From Candidatus Latescibacterota bacterium (lineage in GTDB: Bacteria; Krumholzibacteriota; Krumholzibacteriia; WVZY01): a stretch of 64,000 bases of DNA. The position numbers and the translations under genes were made by a program. The stretch covers positions 1-64,000 of the forward strand of contig CAWBQK010000006.1 in NCBI GenBank assembly GCA_963791045.1, given 5' to 3'. The notes under the pieces were generated by a model. The model saw only the letters and a list, made by a program, of their open reading frames with translations, had not been told where the DNA came from and did not search any database. This document shows, piece after piece, positions 12,379 to 24,789 of this stretch (positions are counted from its first letter, which is position 1; the number at the start of each line of letters is the position of its first letter).

Positions 12379-13283
12379 ATGAAATTGTTGTACATTGGAG
12401 AGTTGGCTGCCATCATCACCTCAATAACTTACGCTGTGAATTCGACCTTGTTTACGGTGGCGGGAAGAAAAGTGGGTTCAACGGTTGTCAACCGGGTGAG
12501 GTTAATTGCTGCCTGGCTTTTTTTGACTCTAGCGCATTGGATCTTCCTGGGAAGCCTGTGGCCGGTAGGAGCTGAGCGGGATCGCTGGTTGTGGTTGGGG
12601 CTATCTGGAGTTGTAGGATTGGTATTGGGAGACGCATTTTTATTTCAGGCTTTTTTATGGATTGGGCCAAGACTCTCGATGTTAATGATGAGTCTGGCTC
12701 CTATCATTGCAGCTTCTGCAGCGTGGATCTTCCTGGGGGAAGAACTATCTTTTTGGCAGATCTCTGGCATTCTGATCACTTTATTTGGCGTTGGCTGGGT
12801 TGTATTGGAAAAAAATCAAAACAAACTGCCAAATGAAGGAAATTACAAGAAGGGTATCTTATATGGTCTGGGAGCAGCGGCTGGCCAGGGCTTGGGTTTG
12901 GTTCTGGCAAAGCTGGGTTTAGACGGAAGTTTTTCTCCCATTTCCGCCAATTTTATGCGCATGTTCATTGCCATGATTGTCATCTGGTCAGTAACCCTTC
13001 TTCAAAGAGAAATTTATGAACACGTTGAACAAAGTAGAATCAAATCCAAAAGCATTCTGGGGTATTATTGGCGGGGCATTTTCTGGACCATTTCATTGGT
13101 GTGTCACTTGTCTTTGTTTGCTCTTCAGCATACCAATATTGGTGTAGCAAGCACGTTGATGGCTCTGCCGCCGATATTTTTGCTTCCAGTGGAAGAATCT
13201 ATTTTAGGGAAGAATTGGGTGGAGGACTGTTGCTGGGCACGGTGATAGCTCTGGTTGGGGTAGGGGTTTTATTTTTGTTATGA
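12379..13283 (+). CDS. DMT/EamA family transporter
   Basis: About 10 hydrophobic segments; LSGVVGLVLGDAFLF. Confidence 0.85.
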
Positions 13284-13376
13284 GACATTTATTTCTGAAG
13301 GATTATCCTGGCGTGCTATAATGCAGAAACTTATTTATTCATTTCATATTTTGCTTGGGCTGTAGTTGGAGGAAGG

Positions 13377-15150
13377 ATGTATAAAACGCATACCTGTGGT
13401 GAGTTGAATATTGAACATGTAGGCCAGGAAGTGACCCTGGCGGGTTGGGTTGATCGGGTCCGGGATCTGGGCGGTGTTAGCTTTGTCGACTTGCGCGACC
13501 GCTTTGGTGTTGTCCAGATCGTATCAAATCCTGAGACTTCTCCGGAGGTCCACAAGTCCTTGCTCCAGTACGGACTGAGTGGGTAATCCAGGCTGATTGG
13601 AACTGTCAGGAAACGACCGCAGGGAATGAAAAATACCGATTTATCAACAGGGTGAAATTGAAGTTGAAATTACCAGGATAGAGGTTTTGAACCCCGCTGT
13701 CACACCCCCTTTCTTGATCAATCAGGAAGAGGAGGTGGAGGAACAAACTCGCTTAAAATTCCGCTATCTTGGATCTGCGCCGGCCCCGCATGAGAGATAA
13801 TATCATTTGCGCCATAAAATAGTGTCTTTTATTCGAAGATACCTGGACCAAAAAGATTTCCTCGAGATTGAAACCCCGATCCTGTTTAAGACAACCCCAG
13901 AGGGTGCCCGGGATTATATTGTGCCCTCACGAGTTCACCCTGGGCAATTCTATGCGCCTCCCCAATCTCCTCAGCAGTTGAAACAAATGCTGATGGTAGC
14001 AGGAATGGAAAGGTATTTCCAGATTGCCCGCTGCTTTCGAGATGAAGACCAGCGCGGGGACCGCCAGCCAGAGTTTACCCAACTGGACATAGAAATGTCA
14101 TTTGTCGACCGGGATGATGTTATGGACTTGCTGGAAGGTCTTTATACTGATCTGGTGGCTGAAGTCACTCCTGATAAGGAAATTTTCAAAACTCCCTGGC
14201 CGAGGTTGACATATCAGGAAGCCCTGGATCGATACGGGAAGGACAATCCGGACATCAGGTTTGGCTATGGAATTGAAGGATATATCAGATCTTGCACCCG
14301 ATTCTGGTTTCAGGGTTTTCACAGAGATTGTTGAAAAGGGTGGACAGGTCAAAGGAATTAATGCCAAGCATCTGGGTGATTACAGCAGGAAACAGATCGA
14401 TGAATTGACTGAATATGTCAAACAGTATGGTGCTGGAGGTTTAGCATATCTGGCTCTGACAAGTGAAGGTGAAGAGCGTTCATCATTTGCTAAATTCCTT
14501 TCAGATGATGTGAAAGCAGATTTGATCAAACGGTTAGATGGAAGCCCCGGAGACCTTCTTTTGTTTGTGGCTGACGCCCCGGAAGTTGTTATATGAGAGC
14601 CTGGGTAGATTACGGGAAGAATTACGCGATCGCCTGGATCTAGCAGATAAGGATATGTTAGGCTTTTGTTGGGTGATCGATTTTCCCCTTGTGAATTGGA
14701 ATGAATGATGAAAAACGCTGGGATCCCAGCCACCATCTATTCACGACCCCGATGATGGAAGATATCCAAAAGCTCGATGAGGATCCTTCCCAGGTCCGGG
14801 GTCAACAATATGACCTGGTTTAAATGGTTATGAGATTGGCGGAGGATCGATCAGGATCCATAATGCGGATCTTCAGGAAAAGATCTTCGGGCTGATCGGC
14901 CTGGATATGGAAGTTGCCAGGGAGCGTTTTGGCCACATGCTCCATGCGTTTTCTTATGGAACACCTCCTCACGGAGGCATTGCTTCCGGAATCGATCGGT
15001 CTGTGCATGCTGTTGGCAGATGAGCCAAATATCCGGGAAGTGATCGCTTTTCCAAAGAACCAATCAGCCCGGGACTTGATGGGAAATGCACCCTCTTCCG
15101 TAGAGCCGGGACAGTTGGAAGAGCTGCATATTAATGTAAATCTGGAGTAA
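13377..15150 (+). CDS. aspS: Aspartate--tRNA ligase, frameshifted
   Basis: [44 protein letters not shown]. Confidence 0.96.
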
Positions 15151-15203
15151 ATTTCAGGATAAAAAAACCCTATTCAGTCGGGAAGACCTATGGTAAATTG
15201 TAT

Positions 15204-15376
15204 CCACCCTACTGTGTGCGCGATGTGATCGAAGTGTTTTGAGCCAACACCAAATTTAAGGGGTCCTATATTGATGGAGCTACGCGATAGGCCTGAGCCA
15301 AGGCGGAATTCCTGATGCGGAAACCCAATCTGCGCAAGCAGGTTCAAGACTCAATCACACACGGCATGGTGGGGTG
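15204..15376 (+). ncRNA. ssrS: 6S RNA
   Basis: About 173 nt. The 5' arm (CACCCTACTGTG...TGTGATCGAAGTGTTTTGAGCC) pairs with the 3' arm (GGTTCAAGACTCAATCACA...GGTGGGGTG) around a central bubble. TG-G-TAAATT lies upstream, and the position after aspS is a known 6S context. Confidence 0.8.
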
Positions 15377-15433
15377 TTTTATTTAAAGTGCCCAAAAAGA
15401 AAACTAATCAGATTAAAAGAATAAGTCAATCAA

Positions 15434-15874
15434 TCAGTAAGACGGGAGAAGTTTGGCGATTGCTGCCTGGATCAGAGAGGAATGGTCAAAGGCAAGTTGT
15501 GGGAGATCTGTTGATTCAAACCACTTTGCATCTGCGGCATCATCTCCCGGCCTGGTTGTGATTTTGATCCCTATGTCCAGGACACAACCGAAACAAGTCG
15601 AAATCACTCGTCCGCGTGGATCTCTATCAGGCTCGCTGAAGGTGTGGATCTGGGTGAGCGGAAGGTTTTCAATACCTGTTTCCTCAAATAACTCCCGCCG
15701 GGCAGCTTCTTCCAGAGATTCGTCGATATTGATAAATCCCCCTGGCAGGGCAAATATTCCTTTATATGGCGCTTGGGCTCTTTCGATCAGCAATAATTGA
15801 AAATCTTCTCCATTTGGTCTGAAAATTGCAACATCTACAGAAACTGAAGGCCGGGGATGTTCATAAGTATACAA
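15434..15874 (-). CDS. NUDIX hydrolase
   Basis: LPGGFINIDESLEEAARRELFEETG, RDPRGR, LAFDH. Confidence 0.92.
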   Translation of the reverse strand: MYTYEHPRPSVSVDVAIFRPNGEDFQLLLIERAQAPYKGIFALPGGFINIDESLEEAARRELFEETGIENLPLTQIHTFSEPDRDPRGRVISTCFGCVLDIGIKITTRPGDDAADAKWFESTDLPQLAFDHSSLIQAAIAKLLPSY

Positions 15875-15979
15875 AATAATTGACTCCTTGATACGGGAGA
15901 GATTTTGCGTGAAATTCGTTTATAATTTTAGTATAGTTGTATAGAAAGTGTGAAAAGCTTCAGTGAGGAGAGCATTACT

Positions 15980-16983
15980 ATGGATAAATTCAAAATTCGC
16001 CACATATTGGTGGCAATAATTGTCTTAACCGTACTGACAGGTTGTACTTTGCCTGGATTTTCAACACCGACACCCTTTTCATTTCCAACTCCTGATAAAA
16101 CCATGACGGCTTTGTTTGAGCCCACTCAGGAGGCACCCGCAACTTCTGCATCCTCATCAAGTGATGGAGAAAATACCTCAACACCGATAGTGGTCTCTAC
16201 CAGCACGCCTGAACCGACAGCAACCCTGGAAATTGAGAGCACAAACACCACCTGTTGTTGCAGCCACAAATTCTACGTTTGAAGGGCCTTCTGTTCGTCC
16301 CGGGCCATCAATCTCCGCTGATTATCTTGAGAAAACACTTAATATCGATGGAGATCTCTATGAATGGGATCCACCAATTCAAAAGGTTATTAATTATGTT
16401 GTTTTTGGTGCAGATAAGTGGTCAAATGCAGAGGATAGTTCAGGAACTGTTGTTGCTGCCTGGGATGAAGATTACCTCTATATTGGTGTCCGGGTAAAAG
16501 ACGAAAAATATGTTCAGGAAGCCACTGAGGAAAAAATATACCTGGGAGATCCGCATTGAGATCCATTTTGATCGATATGTCAGTGCGGATTATTCCCTGC
16601 CTACAATGACTGCAGACGATTACCAAATTGGAATCTCTCCTGGACAGTACGGCATCACAACCTGCATGATCGTCAATGGAAAAGCAGCTACGGGCTGTAC
16701 GCCTCAACCGCCGCTGGCCTATTTATGGTCTCCTAAAACAAATGCTGGCAAAAAGGCTGATGTAAAGATAGGATCACTGGAAAGTGGAAGTGGTTATCAG
16801 GTTGAAATCAAAATCCCCTGGAGCCTGATTGGCGTCACTAATCCAGCTTCCGGTAATCATTTTGGTTTTGCCATTTCAATCAATGATAATGATCTTGCCG
16901 GAACACTCAACCAACAATCTGTGGTTAGCAATGTGCAAGGTCGTTTCTATTCGGATCCGACAACCTGGGGAGATTTGTTTTGA
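15980..16983 (+). CDS. Lipoprotein with DOMON/CBM9-like sugar-binding domain, frameshifted
   Basis: Lipobox LTGC, Pro/Thr linker, IDGDLYEW, AAWDEDYLYIGVRVKD, YQVEIKIPW, FAISINDND. Confidence 0.75.
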
Positions 16984-17005
16984 AATAAAATGACCCCTTA
17001 AAAGT

Positions 17006-17041
17006 AAAAAAAGCGGAACAGTTATCTGTTCCGCTTTTTTT
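17006..17041. terminator. Bidirectional intrinsic terminator
   Basis: A7-GCGGAACAG-TTAT-CTGTTCCGC-T7 between convergent genes. Confidence 0.88.
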
Positions 17042-17057
17042 GTTGTAGTTGGTAGTT

Positions 17058-18263
17058 TCAGTCCAGGTAGGCCTGGAGCTTTTCCTGGATGCGGGGATTG
17101 CGAAGCCTTCTTAAAGCTTGGGCTTCAATTTGGCGAATTCTTTCGCGGGTAACGCCCATTTTCTTGCCAACTTCATTTAATGTCAGGGTACGACCATCAA
17201 TTAAACCATAGCGCATTTCCAGGATCTTTGTTTCTCTGGGCGGTAGCTCTGCCAGAGCTTCCTGGAGATGTTCCCGGAGCAGAATGCCTGTTGCCTCTTC
17301 GTCTGGAGGGGTGACGTCTGTGTCTGCAATGAAATCACCGAGTTGAGCATCATCTTCTTTGCCGGTGGGCATTTCAAGTGATAGCGGTCGACGGGCATGT
17401 TTCATCATATCCTGGACATCATCCGGTGTAACATTGAGGGCTTCAGCCAGTTCATCCGGATTTGGATCGCGATTGAGGTCCTGTTTCAGCTGGTGCTGCA
17501 TCCGGATCATTTTATTGATCTTATCACCCATATGGACGGGAACACGGATGGTCCGGCCCTGGTCAGCTATTGCCCGGGTGATTGCCTGGCGGATCCACCA
17601 GGTTGCATAAGTGCTGAACTTATAACCGCGGTCGCGTTCAAATTTGAGCGCGGCCCGCATCATACCAATATTTCCTTCCTGGATCAGATCCAGGAAGGAC
17701 ACACCACGGCCAACATATTTCTTGGCAATGCTGATGACCAGCCTGAATTCGCCTGAATGAGATGCTCAAAAGCTTCCCAGCCTTCATCAACGATCATGCT
17801 GAGGTTCTCTCTTTGTTCGAGCGTGAGTTCTTCTTCAGCCAGACTGATTTTGCGCTTTCCGACCTTCATCGATTAAGCTGGTCAGGTTCTGCTCTTCTTC
17901 TCTGGTCAGGAGGGGAACTTTACCTGCCTGCTTGATGTAAAGTCCAACTGTGTCGTTAGTGCTGATATTCTCCAGGGGATCGATCCTCGTCAAAGAGGTC
18001 ATGATCATGATTCATCTAGAATCATCTTCATCTTCATCCTCGAATAATTCTTCCGCTTCTTCTTCACTCTCCACATAAGGAATATCAGCAGTCAGTAGGG
18101 CAGAAAACGCTTCTTCCAGCTGATCAACATTATTTTCTGCTTTCGGATAAATCTCAGATATATCATCCAGCGTTACATAACCTTTGTCCCTGCCAATTTG
18201 AAGCAAGTGAGCAAGCGGGTTTTCATACTCAAGGGTATTTTCTTTTTTGATTTCTGTCGTCAT
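17058..18263 (-). CDS. RpoD/SigA-family sigma70 factor (region 1.1 present), frameshifted
   Basis: [12 protein letters not shown] (region 1.1), [37 protein letters not shown]. Primary versus paralog is unresolved. Confidence 0.9.
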
Positions 18264-18357
18264 TCTAAGCACTTCACCAATATACCTTTGTCCTATGACA
18301 TTTAAAACCCATCCACTTTTCCGCAGTGGATGGGTTCGTTGTTCAACTGGAGCTTTC

Positions 18358-18385
18358 ATTATAGCAATAGAGTGCATTTTTGCAA
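18358..18385 (-). promoter_or_regulatory. Sigma70 promoter of the sigma factor gene
   Basis: TTGCAA-16 bp-TATAAT with TG extension. Confidence 0.65.
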
Positions 18386-18499
18386 GGGGCAAAATTTATT
18401 TCCAATAATTAATTAACACTTTTGACCCTTTTTTTGACACAGATTAACTCCAATTTACATGAATATTAATTTTTGTCAGGTCTGACCCTGATCTGGATC

Positions 18500-20993
18500 T
18501 CATTTAAGCATCAAAAACCACTCTTCCAGGAGGCTCTCCGCTGGTTTTCCGTGAATTGAGATGGATTTATCGTGCAGTACTGCAGGTGCGTAATAACCCT
18601 GGGAGATGATTCCTGAAACCCAGCTCTTTTTTGGAGCAGTCGATAAAAATACCTGGTAAGCAAGGGCTTGTTCAGAAAAACCAGTTTCATGATCGAACAC
18701 AATTGGGGCAGGGGTTGTGAAGGTTGAGATTGGATAACAAATATCGTCGATCTCAAGGGAACAAATTGGATTGTAGCCAGATACAGATGGATATTGAACC
18801 CGCAATATCAGTTGCTTGTTGTTGGGTTTCAGCCAGTTTGACCAGAATGTGTTTACTTCTTCATCCAGAGATAGATCTGCTGCATTGATTAGTTCTTCCA
18901 GGTTGATATCTGGCGTAATGATCAACCCGGGATCCCAATTCAGGTGAATTTGGTCAACATGTTCAAAATAGCCGGGGATTGAATTTTCAGAAGGAAGGGA
19001 CATGGTCCAGGCAATTGTTCCGGAGAACCGGGCGTTGACATCGTTCATAATTTCAATCCAACGGAGACCTGAATCTGCAGGAACTCCAGATGGATCACCA
19101 TTAGCCAATCTGCCGCCTGGTAAAGCCGGCGATAGCCAATCTCCGCCAAGGATAAGCATATCAGCTCCCTGGATCTGGGCAGTATCAGCGAAATGGATCG
19201 CATAAGCGTGATATTGATCAAACCAGCAGTTCCACCAGCTGAAATCAAGCGGGGCATCAGTCCACCAATCAGCAGGATCCGCAGGGAAATGCGGTTGAGG
19301 ATGTATTGCGACCTTGAGCCCCTCGGAAAATGCTATGGTTGACATCGTTCTCAGATCAATCCAGAGTGGATCCTGATTTGGATTGGGCTCGATCACAGGG
19401 GGACTTTGATGGGTAAAACTCCAGGTTGGAGTCAATATGATCCAATTGCTATTCAGTCCAGCGATTTCTGGGATTGCCTGTGACATTTGAACCGAATCTG
19501 CAGGTTTGCTGCCCGTCATGAACTCGATTCCGGTTATGAAATTTTCTCCTCTTGGTGTGATGGCTGGTAAGGCGGAAGTCGCTGCAAAAGATGATTCCAA
19601 CCAGGCCCAGTCTTCTACGCTATCCGCAATATATTGGGCCTCCGCGCTGGGAGATACAACCCGACCCTCCGGAAAAGCTCCGGCGGTTGCAGAATCATCA
19701 GCTATACCACATTCACCTTCTCTGCAATATCTATAAGTCAGATCTGACAGGATATCAAAGGGAGAAAACAGGATAAAGACCCAGTGGTTTGAGGCAATTT
19801 CTGTCATGGGCAGAGGTGTTGTCCATCCATATGGATTAAATTGAATGTAGACAATTTCACCGGCTGGTGTGTTCTCCGGTGTCCACAGATCAAAAGTTAT
19901 TGAATCCTTCGTTCCAGATTTCCAGGTCAATACTTCATCGGAAAATTGAACTGGATATTCAGGGACGATAAACCTTCTCATGAAAAATGAGCCATCATCA
20001 CCATGTTCTGCATTCCAGAAACCATCACCAAGGGTGTATTTATAACGGATCTCAGCACCTACCGGCAGGGATAGAATAATTCCGTAATGATTGTCACCAG
20101 CATAGGTCAGACGGGGCATTCTGGATGGGATCGTATTCATACCACCCGGCAAGGTTCCCAAATGTATTGCCGAACTGATAAAGGTTTCCAACCAGCCGGA
20201 CGCTGTTCTCCGGGGTGCCAATGGGAACAGTGACCAGAAATGTCACATCTACAAATTCCCGGGGAGCAATTGATAAATTAGCCTCCGTGTTGGCCTGGGA
20301 AGCGACTTCTGCTCCTTGTTGGATCTCCTGATAAGATCCATCTGGTGCAAAAACCACAAGATTATGAACGCCAGGGGGGACACCGGGCAGCATATACGAG
20401 CCAGAGGCAGTGGTGAAAGCCTGAACACCACCGCCACTCACCAACATTCCCGGTACTGGTTCTCCGGTGGTTAAGTCACTGATGATCCCAGAAATCCTGC
20501 CTGGTTCCGGCCAGTAATAAGCGGTATCAGACCATTTACTGACAACATCCCTGATTTCGAGTGGATTGTCTGCCATAGCCATTCTATATCGAACTTGTTC
20601 ATCGTCTTGTGTGTGTTCGATCATAGCGTATTGGTTTTGGCGTGTATAGCGATATTTGATGATGGTATGTTGGGGTACAGTTATTGTGGTCTGGTATACC
20701 AGTCCTTGATCAAGATTGTTTTCGCCGAGCGCAGGTTCTAACGGATGGGCTGTTGCGTTGACCCCAAGGCCGGTTACTTCATCCAGTGTGCTTAGATAAA
20801 TGATCTCACCCTCTGGCGTATTCAATGGAATTTGAACAAAGAATGTGACTTCCACCATCACTTCAGCTGAGGAGTCAGTGGTCCGATCTAGGAAGAATAT
20901 CTCCCAATGAAATACCACCACAGCTGCTAAGGGCAAAACTCATCAAGAAGAAAGCAAGAATTAATAGACCGTGTTTGAGCGGGAAACCGACAT
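18500..20993 (-). CDS. Large lipoprotein with CBM20-like modules, a carboxypeptidase-regulatory-like domain and a TIM-barrel (GH113-like) domain, frameshifted
   Basis: Lipobox LSSC near the 5' end, repeated VTF.V.VP..TP / IKYRY / IRYKY modules, C-terminal NWIILTP...WFDQY...GKPAE. Confidence 0.6.
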
Positions 20994-20994
20994 A

Positions 20995-21752
20995 TCAGAT
21001 CTCCGTTTTAATGAGGTGAATGAGAATTTCAAGGTTCAGTATTTTTCGAATAGGAATCTCAATTGTATTCTTCGCCGTGAGTTTGATCATAAACATTCCC
21101 CTTTCCACCGAAATACCTTCTATAAAATCCCAGGGAATTTCCACTTTGGGAAGAATGAGTTTTTCCTTCGAGATCGATACATCACCAAAAGGGATAGTTT
21201 TTCCATTTGAAAAAGCTTGTGACAGTTTGGGTTGTAGTGTTTTATAGATGTGTTTTTTGATGATCTTTTTCAATCCATCTGATCTTTGATCCCGGGATGG
21301 ACATGTAATGGGCGGTATTGTTCTGAATATAGGATCAGAATTGTTTTTTGCGCTTATTTGATCGAAGTAAAGATTTATTTATCGAATAACTGGTGATCCC
21401 GAGATCTCATCCCATTTTAAATTCGCTTTCTTCCTGGTGGAAAATGGAATTCTAATCCCCACGGGTAAACATTGATCCAGGTATGGGCTCTTTTCAACCT
21501 TTTATATGTATACAGGAGCAGAAAAATGACCAGGATCCCAGAGATAAAAAACCAGGTTCTTCCCCAGGCTGCTGCAGCTGCTGGTCCAAAAGAGGAATAG
21601 CCATACAAGGTCCGCCACAATCCATAGACAAGCGGGGATAGAACGACAAGGATCAGGGGAAGAAAAACCCGAAAAAAATCACGCCAGGTTAAATCCTGGA
21701 GGTGGTATTCAGAGATTGGAGTTTCTTGATTGGTTTCTTTCATAACAAACAA
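20995..21752 (-). CDS. Hypothetical membrane protein, frameshifted
   Basis: Two TM helices followed by a PH-like beta region (FGDVSISKEKL...IPWDFIEGISVERG). Confidence 0.55.
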
Positions 21753-21856
21753 AACTGGTCAATTTTAGTCGATTGCTTAGATTATAGACCAGTTTAGGTT
21801 AGTTTGCACAAACAATAGGACAGCATTCTAAAGGGTGCTGTTCCTGATGAGATATA

Positions 21857-22402
21857 TTATGCTGGTACGAAATATACATCAGTTGGTTGGAGTTTGCTGT
21901 TTCTTATGAATTGGGGTTTGAGCTTCATCCCGATCCAATCCAGGCTGGCTTCCATGGGATCCACTCCCATCAATCGACTGAGAAGCAAGGTGTCAACTCC
22001 TTCAAACTCAACCTGGATAAGCACAAAAGGAGTTTGATCCAGAAAGGCTTCAGAACCGAAATGACAGACTGTAAAGGCGTGAATTTTGGCTTCATTTTCT
22101 GTGATATCAATCCAGTTGGTTTCATCGCCTGAATACATGTCATGACCGCGAGGGGTTGCGTAGGTATATCCGGAGACCGGATCCTGGTTAGCGAGGATTT
22201 TCTTATTGCTCAAACCTGCGAACCAGGGGCTATCCTGGCCATAGGAGTGCAGGTAAATAATGCTGTAGGGCTGTTCGATCTGGATTGGTGTCATTTCCTT
22301 CAACCAGGCCAGTGCTTCTGGTGTTATTTCCCTGGGAAAAGGTAAATTGTGAACGATCGTGCCCCCCAGGGTTTCTGCTTGTTTGTAAGGTAATTTTGTC
22401 AT
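21857..22402 (-). CDS. DUF35 family (ribbon + OB-fold) thiolase partner
   Basis: HSYGQDSPWFAGL, IHAFTVCH, PFVLIQVEFEGVDT, IGMKL; directly downstream of the thiolase. Confidence 0.85.
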   Translation of the reverse strand: MTKLPYKQAETLGGTIVHNLPFPREITPEALAWLKEMTPIQIEQPYSIIYLHSYGQDSPWFAGLSNKKILANQDPVSGYTYATPRGHDMYSGDETNWIDITENEAKIHAFTVCHFGSEAFLDQTPFVLIQVEFEGVDTLLLSRLMGVDPMEASLDWIGMKLKPQFIRNSKLQPTDVYFVPA

Positions 22403-22411
22403 CGTTCCTCC

Positions 22412-23777
22412 TTATTCCTTTTCCAGAATGCTGACTGTGACATAAGTTCCCGTGCCGGCATGGGAGTGGATGGCGCCTTTCTGGGCATCTTTCACCTGCA
22501 GGGTTTCATCATCGAAATGTTTCTTGATGGATCCCTGCAGCTGCCAGATAGCGAAGACCGCCTGCATTAATCCTGTGGCACCAACGGGATGACCACAGGC
22601 GATCAACCCGCCAGAAGGATTTACTGCACAGACAGGTTTATCTGGCAAGTTTCAATCCATAGTCAATTCCCGGTAAGAAAGCTTTTCCTGAAGCAGCAAA
22701 AGGACCACCTTCTCCATATCGGCAGAGCCCCAGGTCTTCATAGGTTTGGATTTCACTGGATGTGTACGCGTCATGAAGTTCAACAAAATCCAGTTCATCG
22801 AATGGGATCATGGATCCCAGCATGTTTATAGGCCATATTCCCTGCTGTCCGACCTGCCCTGAAGGAATGGATTCCCGGGATAGCGGGTTCCATGATCCCA
22901 GAGTTTTTTATAATACTTCATGGTATCCTCAGATTCTTTCTCTTGTTCGGTCGCATAATCATCTGATAAAAGTATCGTAATCAACATGGGGACGGTCAGC
23001 CATACGCATGGCATCTGTTCCCCTGCCGATTCCGGTGACTTTCACCAGAGGGCGGGGGATCTTTGCGCCAGCTTTTTCCAGTTTCTCTATTCCTTCTTCT
23101 GATGCCAGAATAGTGGCTGCAGCACCATCAGACATGACACAGATATCCAGGCGGGTTAGAGGCCAGGCAACCATTGGCGCATCCCGTACATCCTGGATAG
23201 AGTATCGATTTCTTTTCTGGGCATAGGGATTATGAAAGGCGTTGATATGGTTTTTTACGCTGACATGAGCCATTTCTTCCACGGTTGTGCCAAATTCTTT
23301 CATATGGCGGGTAACCATCATGGCGTAATATCCTGAATAAAATCCCCCCACCGGGTAATCAAAAGATACATCTGATGCCAGGGCGATAAATTCATTTCCT
23401 TTCCAGGTTTCAACATGGCTCATGGTTTCAAAGCCATAGGCCGCCACGACTTCCATATGGCCGCTGGCGATTGATTTCCAGGCTTCCTGGAAACATAAAC
23501 CGCCTGTCGCTCCTCCTCCTTCCACGCGGTGGCTGGGTTTTGGGCACAATCCCAGATAATCTTGGGCCATAATGGCTGCCATCAGCTGACGTGTAAAGTG
23601 ATCGGAAAAATAAGAGGCTACAGAGCCATCAACGATCTCTGTGAAATCTGGAAAACTTATTTCCAGATCATCGATGGCATAATCGTAGGCTTCTTTAATC
23701 ACAGCCTGATAGGTCTTGTCCGGCCGAGCTTTTGCAAACTTTGAAACTCCTCCGGAGATGGCATAGACAGGTCTCAT
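22412..23777 (-). CDS. Thiolase (SCP-x/archaeal type), frameshifted
   Basis: RVEGGGATGG, KNHINAFHNPYA, CVMSDGAAA, ELHDAY, NPSGGLIACGHPVGATG. Confidence 0.9.
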
Positions 23778-23949
23778 AGATCCACGCTCCCTTCGTCAAT
23801 AGTGACGGGTAGATGATAAAACTACGCGGGCACACATTATCAGCAATCTCTGCTGGGTATTACGTGTGAAGACGTGCCAATCTATTGACACCAATAAATA
23901 ATGGATTGTTGGGGGGTTGCCCCGCGGGATGAAGCACTACTGAAGTCGC

Positions 23950-24327
23950 TTAACTTTCTGCAGGATTCTGATCATCAGTTTCTGAGATCTTGGGTTCTTC
24001 TGGCTTTTGATCCAGGAGCTGGGTGAGCCGCTCCAGGAAGAGAGTCAAACAGGTCTTCTCCGCCAATCTTCGGAAAACCTTCTTTGGTCAAGTCTACGAA
24101 GTTCATTTAATTCTTCAAGTTCTGCTTCGCTGCATCAATCGCTGTGGTAAATATTGGATTTCACTTACACCCTTGCGGATATTTTGCCACCAGGTCGATT
24201 TGATGATAGAGCGCATGAATTTCCCCAGCTTTCGTCCTGCCTCGATCATGCCTTCTGGTCCGAGAACCAGAATGCCAATGATCAGAACAAAAACAATCTC
24301 AAGAGGGCCAATTCCAAAAATATTCAT
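23950..24327 (-). CDS. TatA/TatB family translocase subunit, frameshifted
   Basis: [24 protein letters not shown] followed by an amphipathic helix. Confidence 0.8.
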
Positions 24328-24782
24328 GTCGGGTTTACTCTACATTCTGATTTAGATTTGCTGCAATGATTGAATGATTTCATTCTGACGATCGGCAAGA
24401 GACCCAAAACGCCATTTACAAATCTGGGCGCACTGTCTGAGCCATAGGTTTTTGCCAGTTCTACAGCTTCATTGATGGCTACTTTTAAGGGGATATCATC
24501 GGCAAGGGCAAATTCCCAAAAGGCTATCCGGAGGATATTTCTGTCAATGACTGCTACTTGGTCAAGCGGCCAGTCAGGGGCATGATCAGCGATAAAATGA
24601 TCCAGTTCGCTTCGGATGGGCAGTACACCCAGCACGATCGATCGGAAGAAATGGATCAGTTCATCATCCAGATCGGAATCTGCCATTCTTTCAGTTAACA
24701 CCGTACCTACCGGGTGATCCGTGATATCCAGTTCATACAAAGCCTGGAGGGCAATCCCCCGCGCCCGGGTGCGGTCCTTCAT
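24324..24782 (-). CDS. nusB: Transcription antitermination factor NusB
   Basis: [33 protein letters not shown]...FVNGVLG. Confidence 0.95.
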   Translation of the reverse strand: MKDRTRARGIALQALYELDITDHPVGTVLTERMADSDLDDELIHFFRSIVLGVLPIRSELDHFIADHAPDWPLDQVAVIDRNILRIAFWEFALADDIPLKVAINEAVELAKTYGSDSAPRFVNGVLGLLPIVRMKSFNHCSKSKSECRVNPT

Positions 24783-24789
24783 AATGGAT

